Positions 20,427-30,434 of a DNA stretch of 64,000 nucleotides are shown here, in pieces. The translations under genes were made by a program, and so were the position numbers. The stretch's first letter is position 1. Each line of letters opens with the position of its first letter. Origin of the DNA: a virus (taxonomy: Duplodnaviria > Caudoviricetes); IMG/VR virus record IMGVR_UViG_3300017909_002389, positions 1,238 through 65,237 of that record. The stretch is one strand, 5' to 3'. Under the pieces are notes generated by a model that saw only the letters and a list, made by a program, of their open reading frames with translations, was not told where the DNA came from and searched no databases.

Positions 20427-21131
20427 TTAAAGTTCTTTAGCGTTTTCTATTTGTTGTATCATTTCGAAATGAATCTTAGCAACTCTATCTCTACCTGACT
20501 CGCTCATAAGTATCTCGTGGCATTCTCTGTAGTTAGTCATGAAGAAGTTTTCTGAGAGTATAGCAGGCATTGTAGTGTGAACTAATACGTAAAAATTAGC
20601 TTCTTTATCAGGATCTCCGTCGCGTGTGTCTTTACGCATTTTTCTTTCAGGAAACGCAGCTTCTGCTTTTTCGTAGAGCACTGTAGCTATTTTATCAGAC
20701 TTAGTTTCACCTGGAGATGTGTATACTTCCCAACCGTTAGCTGACTCATCGCTAAAACCGTTAGCATGTATGCTTACATATATACAAGGTTTATCAGAAG
20801 ACTTAGCTAGTTTATTTGCTGTAGAAACTCTTTCTGATAAACTAATGTCATTAGGAGTATTTACTAAGTTTATAGCGTCTATACTATTAGCTTCACACAT
20901 AGTCATTAATCTATCTACTATAGCTCTGTTAAATTCTCCTTCATATAATACTTTACCATCTGGCCATACTGGAGATCTTTTACCTGGAGTTTGATATACA
21001 CCGTCAACCATACCTCCGTGTCCATTATCTAATATCCAAAGATATTTAGAACTTGGATTATCTTCAGGCGTTGGGTTAACTGATAAATCAAATTGTGCTT
21101 GACAATTAGGACATGTAATTATTTTTTCCAT
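20427..21131 (-). CDS. endolysin, N-acetylmuramoyl-L-alanine amidase (Amidase_3)
   Basis: LDNGHGG, EGEFN, SIHAN and PAILSENFFMTN zinc-amidase motifs. Confidence 0.92.
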   Translation of the reverse strand: MEKIITCPNCQAQFDLSVNPTPEDNPSSKYLWILDNGHGGMVDGVYQTPGKRSPVWPDGKVLYEGEFNRAIVDRLMTMCEANSIDAINLVNTPNDISLSERVSTANKLAKSSDKPCIYVSIHANGFSDESANGWEVYTSPGETKSDKIATVLYEKAEAAFPERKMRKDTRDGDPDKEANFYVLVHTTMPAILSENFFMTNYRECHEILMSESGRDRVAKIHFEMIQQIENAKEL

Positions 21132-21203
21132 ATAGATCTAATTATAGCAGGCAATACAAATGCTACTGCAAAATAAATAATTAAAATTAGTGGAGTTACC
21201 CCA

Positions 21204-21440
21204 TTACTTTTTTCTGTTTCTAGCTCGTGTGAATTTATCTATTGAAGTTAATCCTAACGAACCAAAAGCAAATAATGCTACTGCATCTACAAGATATTCA
21301 GCTGGTCTAATATCATTATGGGTAAAAGTATTAGCTACTAATGCAATAACTAATGCTAATACACACAATAATCCTCCTAATCTTTTAGATGAATAATTAC
21401 CTGATTCGTCACTTAATAATTGTTTAAAAAATTCTTTCAT
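21204..21440 (-). CDS. holin-like membrane protein
   Basis: 78 aa, two hydrophobic segments, basic C-terminus, adjacent to the endolysin. Confidence 0.6.
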   Translation of the reverse strand: MKEFFKQLLSDESGNYSSKRLGGLLCVLALVIALVANTFTHNDIRPAEYLVDAVALFAFGSLGLTSIDKFTRARNRKK

Positions 21441-21892
21441 AACTTTTTTTTTAAGATTAAAAATTTAACTAGTCTATATATTCCATAAAAAATAACAACT
21501 AATATAAACCAACCTAAAACCTTTTTCCATAGAGGTGTATTTTCATAATACCTAATAGGTATCTTTCTTTCTACTACTTTAGTTACAGTAATAGTATCAC
21601 ATTCTCCTTTAATATACACATTCTTTTTTATAGTATCATGGAAAATTTTTACGGTTAGTCTTTCTTTTTGAAGAACTAAAGTATCTCTAGTTATTTCGGT
21701 AAAGAAATGTTCGTTAATAATAGTATCGTGAACTACTCGTGGAACTTCTATTCTTACTGTATCATGAATATATACAGTGTCTATAGTAAGTAAATGTGGA
21801 TGTTTTTCTATTAATCGATGAAATCTCTTTTGCGGACTGCAAGAGATTAAGAATAATAATAAGATTAATATGTACTTATTTTTTAATTGCAT
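21437..21892 (-). CDS. unimolecular spanin (u-spanin)
   Basis: N-terminal lipobox (LLLFLIS-C18), beta-rich middle and C-terminal TM helix, inside the lysis cassette. Confidence 0.7.
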   Translation of the reverse strand: MQLKNKYILILLLFLISCSPQKRFHRLIEKHPHLLTIDTVYIHDTVRIEVPRVVHDTIINEHFFTEITRDTLVLQKERLTVKIFHDTIKKNVYIKGECDTITVTKVVERKIPIRYYENTPLWKKVLGWFILVVIFYGIYRLVKFLILKKKL

Positions 21893-22169
21893 GAATAGCT
21901 TCGATGATATCGACTTTCATTTGAGCCATATCTTCTCTAAGTTGATTAATAGCTTGATCATTTTTTTCTCTATTAACTTCTACTTTAGCTTTTAGATCAT
22001 CAATTCTTTTATGTAAACGTTCATCCACTTCTTTAGATAATCTGTCTAACAATAACTGTTGTATTGTTACTTTGTTTTTTAATGTAAACCAAACTGTTAC
22101 AGCACCTAGAAATGCAGATAAGATAGATAATAATGCATCAAATCCTATTTGTAGTCCTGTAACATCCAT
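21876..22169 (-). CDS. single-TM coiled-coil lysis-cassette protein (holin/antiholin-like)
   Basis: N-terminal TM followed by a coiled coil; first gene of the lysis cassette. Confidence 0.45.
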   Translation of the reverse strand: MDVTGLQIGFDALLSILSAFLGAVTVWFTLKNKVTIQQLLLDRLSKEVDERLHKRIDDLKAKVEVNREKNDQAINQLREDMAQMKVDIIEAIHAIKK

Positions 22170-22234
22170 GGCGTAAAATTACATATTATTTTTTATATAA
22201 GTGTAATTACTTAATATAAAATACGTTTTATTTA

Positions 22235-22492
22235 TTATTCTACAGGATCTGAATCTGACCAAGCTGGTGTAGCCATTAACTCAAGTATTGCATGATGATC
22301 ATATGTACCAACAGGAGTCACACTTCCATCAAGAATAAATGTAGGGTCATGTCCTTCTGCCCACTTTAGTACAAACTCTGTCTGAGCTAGGTTTCTTCTA
22401 ACTGTTTGAGCACTTGTTTGTGCTACCTGAGAAAAGTCTATCAGACTAATATCTGATAAGTTAATTACTGCGTATGTTCTTGTATTATGCAT
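22235..22492 (-). CDS. hypothetical protein (fibre-associated)
   Basis: 85 aa ORF directly after the LamG fibre gene. Confidence 0.6.
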   Translation of the reverse strand: MHNTRTYAVINLSDISLIDFSQVAQTSAQTVRRNLAQTEFVLKWAEGHDPTFILDGSVTPVGTYDHHAILELMATPAWSDSDPVE

Positions 22493-22503
22493 TTTTTTAT
22501 TAT

Positions 22504-24627
22504 TTAAGGTGTATCTTCTACTATATCTGCTTCTTCCATATTGAAGCTTACTGTATTATTCTCACTATTTGGAGCATCTCCTACTCTGTCAAATATATCC
22601 ATACTGTCTGATATACCTCCGCCATAGTATTGTGGTGCATCTCCTACTAGAGTTTCTAACAACATAGTATTAGAGCTAGTACCAGTATTACCTCCGCTTC
22701 CTTGATCAGGAATTGTAAATTGATTTGAAGTACCATCATAAGTTGCTTCTTCACCCATTCTCCACCAATGCAAAGGAGATAGCCCTGATAAATCTTTTGG
22801 CTTACCTCCGTTGTATATAGTTGTTACTGCTGCAGATTGGTCACTATCCCATATTGCTAATTCGTCACAATAACCTAAAGCATATTGATTTGTATTAAAT
22901 CTAAATATTGAATCTAAGGTCAAAGTGCCACTTAATGTAGTTGAGCTACCAAAAGGAGCACCATTTCTAAAAACACTTACATTGTTACTTGCATCTCTTG
23001 TAACTAATACGTGTTGCCATTGGTTAGTCACAAAATTATTGCCACCTGATTCATTAATAAAAACATTTGTTCCCGCAATTTTTATTGAAAAGTCATTGGC
23101 ATCATACACACCTATTCTATTCGTGTTACTTGTTCCTGTATTAATAATATGACTTTCAGCACTTGATAAAGTAGAAAACTTTACCCAAGCTGAAATACTA
23201 AAAGCACCACTTAAAATAATAGTAGTTAAACCTATATAGTCATCATTCCCATCAAAGTTAAAGCTATACTTTGAATAGTTACTTAATGCTGAGTTAGGTA
23301 CTAGCCAGTTGTCTGTAAACTTAGCCTCTTCACCTAGTTTCCAATAACCTACAGGAGAGTAGCTTGATATATCTGTAGGAATGCCTGAGTTATATATAGC
23401 CTGTACGTCTGGTTGTGTAAGCTCTACAGGAAATACTGCAGCTTCATCTATCTTTCCATCTGCATATACAGCAGAAATTCTACCTATTTCAAATGAAGCA
23501 TTTGTGTTTGACATTGCTACATAAGTATTTAAACTACTGTCTGTTGTATCAACTCTGTTGCCGTTTAAATATATTTTAATTCCTGCTAAAGTACTACTTC
23601 CGTCATAAGTTGCAGCAACATGAATCCATTGATTTTCAAAAGAAGTAATAGGGTCTGTTTGTCTTCCTATTCTATTTAGAGTAGTTCCTCCACTAAATAA
23701 TCTAAACAGTATTCTATCTGCCGATGTTACAAAGAATTGATATTCTACATTTGTATCATATTTAGACATTATAGCAAAATCTGTAGCATCATTCATATAT
23801 ATCCAAGCAGAAAGACTAAATCTAGAGTCTACTTTAGTATTACCAAAACTAAACTCATTAGGATCACCGCAGTCTACATAGCTTAATCCATCAAAAGCAA
23901 GAGAGTATTTACTTAGCTTGTTTTTATTAGTATCTTCTGGCATTAATATTTGTGGGTATGCAAATGTAGAATTTTCACCTGCTCTATACCATGATGTAGG
24001 GTTTGTACTAGTCAAATCTGCAGGCTTACCATTGTTATATATTGTAGCTACATCATTTCTTAAATCTGTACCACTCCATATAGCTACTTCGTCTAATAAA
24101 CCACCATAATAATTTCCAACAGTTGATGAACCAATTCTAAATGAGCCATTGCTTGTTTCAAATGTTCCACTGTATGTATTATTGCCACTTGTTAAATCCT
24201 GACCATCAATAAATATTCTACCTCTATTAACATTACTTCCTAATGATAAATCCATACAGACCATAATATGTTGCCAAGTATTAGCTACAACTGCACCTGT
24301 AGATGTTGCTGCATAATTACCACTTGTTTGTGTTTGTAATCTTACCATACCTGTAGAATATATAACTAACCCAATAACTCTTCCTGCTGCTGCATTTATC
24401 CATACTACAACATCATGTGAGTCAAGGTTTGGTTTAACCCAACAAGATAAACTCATTTTACTTTGCCCATCTAATTCTGAATAAACTTCTTGTGTACTTA
24501 TATATTCATCTGTACCATCAAAAGATAGTGACCTTGTTGAGAAATCTACAGCAGGTCCTGAAGGCAATACAATGCTAGTTCTATTTATGAAACCTAGCTT
24601 TTTATCAAAATTTATACTAGTAGGCAT
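22504..24627 (-). CDS. tail fibre/adhesin with three tandem LamG (ConA-like) domains
   Basis: Three repeats starting SLSFDG/SLAFDG/SFNFDG, each with S.S.W, W.H..., DE.AIW/DEAAVF and an ending such as YWKLGE. Confidence 0.8.
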   Translation of the reverse strand: MPTSINFDKKLGFINRTSIVLPSGPAVDFSTRSLSFDGTDEYISTQEVYSELDGQSKMSLSCWVKPNLDSHDVVVWINAAAGRVIGLVIYSTGMVRLQTQTSGNYAATSTGAVVANTWQHIMVCMDLSLGSNVNRGRIFIDGQDLTSGNNTYSGTFETSNGSFRIGSSTVGNYYGGLLDEVAIWSGTDLRNDVATIYNNGKPADLTSTNPTSWYRAGENSTFAYPQILMPEDTNKNKLSKYSLAFDGLSYVDCGDPNEFSFGNTKVDSRFSLSAWIYMNDATDFAIMSKYDTNVEYQFFVTSADRILFRLFSGGTTLNRIGRQTDPITSFENQWIHVAATYDGSSTLAGIKIYLNGNRVDTTDSSLNTYVAMSNTNASFEIGRISAVYADGKIDEAAVFPVELTQPDVQAIYNSGIPTDISSYSPVGYWKLGEEAKFTDNWLVPNSALSNYSKYSFNFDGNDDYIGLTTIILSGAFSISAWVKFSTLSSAESHIINTGTSNTNRIGVYDANDFSIKIAGTNVFINESGGNNFVTNQWQHVLVTRDASNNVSVFRNGAPFGSSTTLSGTLTLDSIFRFNTNQYALGYCDELAIWDSDQSAAVTTIYNGGKPKDLSGLSPLHWWRMGEEATYDGTSNQFTIPDQGSGGNTGTSSNTMLLETLVGDAPQYYGGGISDSMDIFDRVGDAPNSENNTVSFNMEEADIVEDTP

Positions 24628-24630
24628 AAA

Positions 24631-24897
24631 TTATTTTCTTAAACTAATAATCAAAAGTTCTGATCCTGTAGCATCATACTCTATCCTACCAAGAGTACCA
24701 TTAGATTCTGATGCAGAAAAAGAAATTGTTTCTCCTGGTTTTAATTGGACTCCATCGACTGTAGCATCAACTGCTGCGTCAACATTTGCAATAGAGACAG
24801 AATAAGCTCCAGATGCAATGTAACCTGGAGCATTTCTTGGTCTTTCTACAGTAGGCTTAAAAGTAACTGCTTCTGTTTGTATTTGTATTCTTCCCAT
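24631..24897 (-). CDS. small beta-rich tail/fibre protein
   Basis: 88 aa ORF within the fibre cluster. Confidence 0.5.
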   Translation of the reverse strand: MGRIQIQTEAVTFKPTVERPRNAPGYIASGAYSVSIANVDAAVDATVDGVQLKPGETISFSASESNGTLGRIEYDATGSELLIISLRK

Positions 24898-24903
24898 TTT
24901 ATT

Positions 24904-25761
24904 TTATTTTTTTGAAGGTGCGTATGTAATAGTAAAAGTATCAGTTTCTCCCTCAATTATAAGAATATTATTTTCATCAAAAGTACTTCTTCCTATTTCT
25001 GTAGAATCTAATCTTAAAATAAATCCTCCTTCTTTGTTTTGATCAGGATATAAAGTATAAGTTCCTTCTTTTACGGGAAGAGTTCCTACTATTCGATTAA
25101 GTTTATCTGCTTCTAATAAAAAAGAATTTCTAAATGTTTCATCACTAGATTTAGTCATAGTGTAAACACCGTCTTTAGTTAAATGAAAACTATTATCTTG
25201 TTTAGGTTCTTCTTTTTTCTTTTCTTTTGTTTCAATTATTCTAAATACTTCTGATTCTACATTTCTAAATACTTCTATTTCTAACCAAATAGATATAATA
25301 TCTTTTCCAAAACTTAAAGGAGCTCCTTCAGAATTAAAAACTACAAATATTAATTGATTGTCTGCAATTTTCCATCTTACGTGATACTCTGTATCTGTTC
25401 CTTCAAAAAAATGATCAAAAGTAATTCTAGTGATATTCATGTCTGAAAAAACTTTGTTTCTTTGATTTTTTAAAACAAAGCTTATTTGTTCTTCTACTCC
25501 TGGTTCTACACTAAGTTCAAATTGATAATCAGAAGGATTTAAGGTATTTTGTGCAGTAATCTTATTTACTTTAGTACCATCTGTTCTAATTAAAAGAACA
25601 CATTTATCTGATGGAGCATCTTCTGATTTATTAAGAAGTCCTATTGATTTTCCATTTGTATCTAAATAAGCAACTGTTTCTTTTTCTAAATCGTAAAATA
25701 ATTCTGCATTTGTTGCAGTAGCTTTATTAGCTTGTCTAGCAAATCTTTTTAAAATATTCAT
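24904..25761 (-). CDS. hypothetical protein in the tail cluster
   Basis: 285 aa ORF, no motif recognised. Confidence 0.6.
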   Translation of the reverse strand: MNILKRFARQANKATATNAELFYDLEKETVAYLDTNGKSIGLLNKSEDAPSDKCVLLIRTDGTKVNKITAQNTLNPSDYQFELSVEPGVEEQISFVLKNQRNKVFSDMNITRITFDHFFEGTDTEYHVRWKIADNQLIFVVFNSEGAPLSFGKDIISIWLEIEVFRNVESEVFRIIETKEKKKEEPKQDNSFHLTKDGVYTMTKSSDETFRNSFLLEADKLNRIVGTLPVKEGTYTLYPDQNKEGGFILRLDSTEIGRSTFDENNILIIEGETDTFTITYAPSKK

Positions 25762-25767
25762 TAGTAA

Positions 25768-26364
25768 TTAGTTTAGTAATTTTTTAATTTGTTTATATGT
25801 TAAAACATTGTAATTAGTAGTTTCTTCTTCAATGTCTCTAGTATCGTAAGCATTTAATATTTCTAAAGCTCTTTTTTCGTTTTTCAAACAATCTAATATA
25901 TCTGGTTTAAAATAACCAAAAGATATTTCATTTACATATTTTAAAACATCTTTAGCAAAGGTACATTGTTTATTCCAAACTAATTTATCAAAACATTCTT
26001 TATTTTTCTCATTTGCAGTTTGTGCTAAACTTGTAAGAGTAATATTTCCTCGTCCTCCTCCTGAACCATCGTCAGGTTTTAATAATGTTCCATTACTATC
26101 TATAATAATTAAACCTATTAAAGTTCTACCTGCAGCTGGTGCTAAAAATAAATCGGCTCCATTTTCGTATACAAAAGATAGAATAGATCCTACACCTGTA
26201 CCTGGCTCTACAGGAGTAATTCCTACATAAGTAATATTAGTTACTTCTTGTCCTGGAACTAAATCTAATAATTCAGACGCAGTATTAGCTTTAAATAAAT
26301 AAACATTCCAAGGAGCATTATAAGTAGTACTAGGGGCGCTATATGATAATGTTACTGTAGCCAT
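25768..26364 (-). CDS. putative tail hub/adaptor protein
   Basis: 198 aa, Cys-containing helical C-terminus; synteny. Confidence 0.4.
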   Translation of the reverse strand: MATVTLSYSAPSTTYNAPWNVYLFKANTASELLDLVPGQEVTNITYVGITPVEPGTGVGSILSFVYENGADLFLAPAAGRTLIGLIIIDSNGTLLKPDDGSGGGRGNITLTSLAQTANEKNKECFDKLVWNKQCTFAKDVLKYVNEISFGYFKPDILDCLKNEKRALEILNAYDTRDIEEETTNYNVLTYKQIKKLLN

Positions 26365-26367
26365 ATT

Positions 26368-27480
26368 TTAATAAATTTTATGTAGTACAAAATTTGCACT
26401 ATAGATAGTGTCTTCTGTTTTAGCTTGTGCCCATTGTACAGTAATGTCTAAAGTGTTGTTTACAGTTGTATCAAAAGTTACTACATCTTGGAAAACATAA
26501 CCTTCTAAACCACCTGTATTTCGTGTATAAGCAAAATTACCATTAGTACAAATACTACCACTTGCACCTATAGTTGCTATAGTAAAATCTAATTCACATT
26601 CCCAGCCTAAATCAGTAACAGGTGATAAATTTATAGTTCCTGTTGTAGCTAGTACTGTACTTCCACTTTTTACTTTTATTGTAATATCGTCACCATTTTG
26701 CGCTGCAATAATACCACCTATTTTTGCGTGAAAAGAGTCACCAACTACAAAACCATTTGCTGGTATAGATAATGTACCTACTCCAGTACCTACTATTGAA
26801 GTTTCTGTTGTCGTGTTTGTGACCGTTGCACTTTGAATAGTTTGCGCATATAAACCATTTGTTGCTCCAGGATAATCGAACCAAGATAGATTCCAAACAT
26901 TAGTGCCTGTTTTAACTAACATTGCTGTAGAGTATTGTCCTCTACTTTGAGTAACTCCTCCTAAAGATTGTAAAGTTACTGCTCCTAAAGGAGTAACTGT
27001 AAAAGGAGCTGATGCATTATTTTGTCTAATAAAAATTACTGTTCCGTCGTCAAAAGCTACAGAAGAATCTTCTGGTATATTAATAACGTTTGCAGTAGCA
27101 TTGTCACATAATAAAATTTTGTCTTCATCTGCTAATGCTAATGTTTTAGGAAAAAAAGCATTATCTACTGTTCTAGGAAGTAAATTAAAATCTCCTGCAG
27201 GACCTGTAGGACCTGTTGCACCTGTAGCTCCTTCAGGAATTCCAAAATCAAATATAGCTGCTGAAGTTGTTCCTGAATTAGTTACTGTTGCAGGCGATCC
27301 TGGCGCTAATGTAGTAGTAGTTCCTGCAGCTACAGTTGCAGCAAAATTAGGAGTAGTAAAGCTACTTCCATCTGTAAAAAATAAAGTAAATGTTCCGTCT
27401 CCGTTATCTACAGTGGTTTGTATTCCTACACCGTCGTTTCCAGTTAGTAAGGTAATATCATTACAATCGTTGCAACTCAT
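26368..27480 (-). CDS. tail fibre protein with short collagen-like segment
   Basis: GATGATGPTGPAG Gly-X-Y run, Thr-rich beta segments, N-terminal MSCNDC. Confidence 0.65.
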   Translation of the reverse strand: MSCNDCNDITLLTGNDGVGIQTTVDNGDGTFTLFFTDGSSFTTPNFAATVAAGTTTTLAPGSPATVTNSGTTSAAIFDFGIPEGATGATGPTGPAGDFNLLPRTVDNAFFPKTLALADEDKILLCDNATANVINIPEDSSVAFDDGTVIFIRQNNASAPFTVTPLGAVTLQSLGGVTQSRGQYSTAMLVKTGTNVWNLSWFDYPGATNGLYAQTIQSATVTNTTTETSIVGTGVGTLSIPANGFVVGDSFHAKIGGIIAAQNGDDITIKVKSGSTVLATTGTINLSPVTDLGWECELDFTIATIGASGSICTNGNFAYTRNTGGLEGYVFQDVVTFDTTVNNTLDITVQWAQAKTEDTIYSANFVLHKIY

Positions 27481-27499
27481 TTTTAATCTTTTTTAAATA

Positions 27500-28312
27500 T
27501 TAACAATTACTTAGACATATATTATTACAATATGTCGTAGCTGCAGTAAGAATAGCTTCTGCAGTATCGAAATCTCCACAACTAAATGCTGATTTAATTC
27601 CGTATATATAAATTTCCATTTGATCTACATAAGTTTTATACTTACGTACTGATGCTTCATCACAAGCATTAATTAAAGCGTTTACCACTTTATCTTTACA
27701 ATTGCAAAGATTACATATAAATAAAACGTATTGTTTATCGTTTTCATAAGTATTAGATGCATCTTGTACTTTGTAAACTATTTGATATACTCCATCGTTG
27801 CCTGACCAAGCAACTTCTGATAAAGCTGTAAAAGCTCCTGGAGTAGGTGCACCTGCTACGCCTGCGTAGACATCTGTAGTGCCGTCTTTTAATATAAAAT
27901 TTTGTGTAAGAACATTACCGTTGATAGTAGTAGAAGATACTGTTTGAGCGATATTTACTGTATAAGTACCTCCGTTATTAGATCCTGTTCCTGTAAGTAA
28001 TGCTGTAATTTTTGTTCCAGCTGCTACACCTACACCTGTAAGAGTTTGTCCTACTTTAAAAGTTCCTGATATATGTGTAACGTCTGTGAATGTTGTTCCT
28101 GATATAGTGCCCGTACCTGAAGCTTGCACAGTAGGTGTTTCGTCACTATTAAAAAATTGAACATCAGCATATGTAATTGCTGATGTATCAATATTTGGCG
28201 TTCCCCAACCTCCGTTATTTGTAGATAATACATAAGGACCTGTTTCCTCTTGTATTGTAATCTTATCGCATTTATTATTTAAAGATGCGGAAATTTTAGG
28301 TTTGAGTGCCAT
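27500..28312 (-). CDS. putative tail hub protein, Cys-rich C-terminus
   Basis: CNLCNC...CGDF...CNNICLSNC; follows the auxiliary capsid gene as in crAss-like phages. Confidence 0.45.
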   Translation of the reverse strand: MALKPKISASLNNKCDKITIQEETGPYVLSTNNGGWGTPNIDTSAITYADVQFFNSDETPTVQASGTGTISGTTFTDVTHISGTFKVGQTLTGVGVAAGTKITALLTGTGSNNGGTYTVNIAQTVSSTTINGNVLTQNFILKDGTTDVYAGVAGAPTPGAFTALSEVAWSGNDGVYQIVYKVQDASNTYENDKQYVLFICNLCNCKDKVVNALINACDEASVRKYKTYVDQMEIYIYGIKSAFSCGDFDTAEAILTAATTYCNNICLSNC

Positions 28313-28335
28313 TTAGTTTTTTTTAGTTATTAATT

Positions 28336-28384
28336 AAAAAATATAGTAGCCCGCCATAGACAGCAATTTTATGGCGGGACTACT
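28336..28384 (-). terminator. intrinsic terminator after the auxiliary capsid gene
   Basis: AGTAGCCCGCCATA / TATGGCGGGACTACT inverted repeat (one bulge) with an A-run giving a U-tract on the minus strand. Confidence 0.7.
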
Positions 28385-28401
28385 GTGGGTGGAGAATTTA
28401 C

Positions 28402-29637
28402 TTATTCTTCAAAATCAGAATCTGCAAATCCAAATACATCAACTACAAGTTCTTCACCTGTTGATTGAGTTGCTGGGAAAGCCCCGCTTGTACCTAAATC
28501 TACATAAACTAATACTGATCCTTTACCTCCTTGAAGAGAAACTAATCCTCGGATATCTTCTGTCCAAGAAATTTCCATACATCCGTATTTGTTTCCTTCA
28601 ATAACTGTTTGATCTCTAAATTTTGGTGGAACGCCTATCATGCTATTCATTCCTTCAAATCCGTAGCTCATGTACTCGTCCATAGCAACTTGTTGCCATA
28701 CACCAGAACCTGTACGAGCTCCTGTTGTAGTAATCAAAGTTGACTCATCAGAAAAAGTTACAGTAAATCGGTTAACATAGTAATCACGCATTGCATTAAC
28801 ATCAAAGTCAGCTTGTACACCTGTAAGTCTAACACCAAAGTTAGCAGCTGCTGTAAGTTTACCGTGATTAGTAGCATAAGTAGTACCTGTTGCTAAAGCT
28901 GTTACAGTTGTTCCTTCAAAAGGAGTCGACAAAGTTACAGTTGTAGTTGTAGGTACAGCTGCTACTTGATAAGTTGCACCTGCGATAAATACTAAATTAC
29001 CTACTGCTAAAGAGTGAGCTGCAGAGTAAGTTAAAGCTGTTGATCCATTAGTTGCTGCTAATGTAGCAGTACCAATAGCTGCGGTAGTACCGTCAGAAAT
29101 TACATCAAACTTTAAATAACCGTTAGCTGGCTCTTTTGCAAAATTTGCTTGTCCGTTTTTAACTAAAGCAAAAGCAACTTCTTCTTGAGTAGCAGAAGCA
29201 TCACTTTTAATAGGACCTGCAAAAAGGCTCATTGGTTGAGATCGATTAGCTGCATCATTATCATTCTTACGAATTTTGATAAAGTAATCTGTTGAATTAG
29301 CTGCAGGAAGAGAACCAGAAGTTCCGTTATATCCTACAATTGATACTTGTTGTACAGCTACTCGGTGAATACTAGTAGAAAGTGTAGCACTTGCTTTAGT
29401 AATCATAGGAGAAATCATTAATTGTTTTCCTGTACCTTTTCCTTGTACAATTCTGTAACGATCAGCTGCTGCTAAAGCGGCTGCGTCCATTCTACGCATT
29501 CCTGCATCTACTGCAACAATAGCGCCTTCTTCCAAGTTAGAATCAGATACAACTGTACCAACTCCAGGAAGGTTTCCTGCTTGTTTTGTGCTATCGTCTA
29601 ATACGACACTAAACACATTGTCTGCGGTTCTAAGCAT
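28402..29637 (-). CDS. auxiliary capsid / abundant structural protein
   Basis: 411 aa, Ala/Thr-rich, followed by a terminator; crAss-like position. Confidence 0.55.
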   Translation of the reverse strand: MLRTADNVFSVVLDDSTKQAGNLPGVGTVVSDSNLEEGAIVAVDAGMRRMDAAALAAADRYRIVQGKGTGKQLMISPMITKASATLSTSIHRVAVQQVSIVGYNGTSGSLPAANSTDYFIKIRKNDNDAANRSQPMSLFAGPIKSDASATQEEVAFALVKNGQANFAKEPANGYLKFDVISDGTTAAIGTATLAATNGSTALTYSAAHSLAVGNLVFIAGATYQVAAVPTTTTVTLSTPFEGTTVTALATGTTYATNHGKLTAAANFGVRLTGVQADFDVNAMRDYYVNRFTVTFSDESTLITTTGARTGSGVWQQVAMDEYMSYGFEGMNSMIGVPPKFRDQTVIEGNKYGCMEISWTEDIRGLVSLQGGKGSVLVYVDLGTSGAFPATQSTGEELVVDVFGFADSDFEE

Positions 29638-29669
29638 TTGTTTTTGTTTTTAAAAATTAATATTCATTA

Positions 29670-30434
29670 TTATTCTAAGTCTCTAAAGTTCTCAATTGTT
29701 TGAACTTTTTGTTCTTTTACTCTTTGTAACATCAAATCTGTTGCTATGCCGACTATTACTACATGAGTACTTTCGTCGAGTTCACAATTAGATTGTGATG
29801 TTGGATTTGCTCTATTTACTGTTATATCTTCTGGATTCTTAACGTATCTCATATGATAATTTGTTACGTTAAAAGTACCATCAGTAAATAGTTCGTGGCG
29901 TTTAGCTGTTGCAGGGCTACCAGGGCTTATTCCTGAAGTAACTCTGCTAAATTCTGAACGCCAAACTCTACAATCTCCATTAGGTCTATAAAATGGTTTT
30001 TTGTATTTGCTCCAATTAAATCTTTGCATCTCATTGTGAGCAACTACCATAACCCATCCTATAATACTATTGTTAGTGTCACATTCTGTTTTATCAATTG
30101 TACACTCTTCATAAATAGTATACATGTGATCACTTGGTAGGTCGTAGAATTTACCTGTTACATTATTATTTACTAGCACACCCGCTTGGTCTGCCGAAGC
30201 CGAAAGGTTGTTAGCATCTTTAACTAATGCTGACAACCCTTGGTTTCTAATTTCTGTCTCTTCAAAGCCTTTTTGTTTTCTGTTGTTTACTTCATCAAAA
30301 AACTTTTTAACGTATAACTGCTGTGCCTCTGTTAGCACGGAAGATAAATCAAAATCTTCGTAACCAGGAGAACCAAAACTATCAGCTCTGTCTAGCTTCT
30401 CCTCTAACATGTCGGCCATTTCGTTTGCAGTCAT
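29670..30434 (-). CDS. head-tail ring protein
   Basis: 254 aa, second gene after the major capsid gene; crAss-like synteny. Confidence 0.55.
   Translation of the reverse strand: MTANEMADMLEEKLDRADSFGSPGYEDFDLSSVLTEAQQLYVKKFFDEVNNRKQKGFEETEIRNQGLSALVKDANNLSASADQAGVLVNNNVTGKFYDLPSDHMYTIYEECTIDKTECDTNNSIIGWVMVVAHNEMQRFNWSKYKKPFYRPNGDCRVWRSEFSRVTSGISPGSPATAKRHELFTDGTFNVTNYHMRYVKNPEDITVNRANPTSQSNCELDESTHVVIVGIATDLMLQRVKEQKVQTIENFRDLE

Noticed and set aside
22504-27480. Diversity-generating retroelement targeting the fibres
   Set aside because: No reverse transcriptase and no near-identical template/variable repeat pair seen in the window.
27101-27496. 131-aa plus-strand ORF and similar antisense ORFs in the track (for example 17823, 37546, 35581, 60259, 59422)
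   Set aside because: Shadow frames of well-supported opposite-strand genes, with no leaders or motifs.
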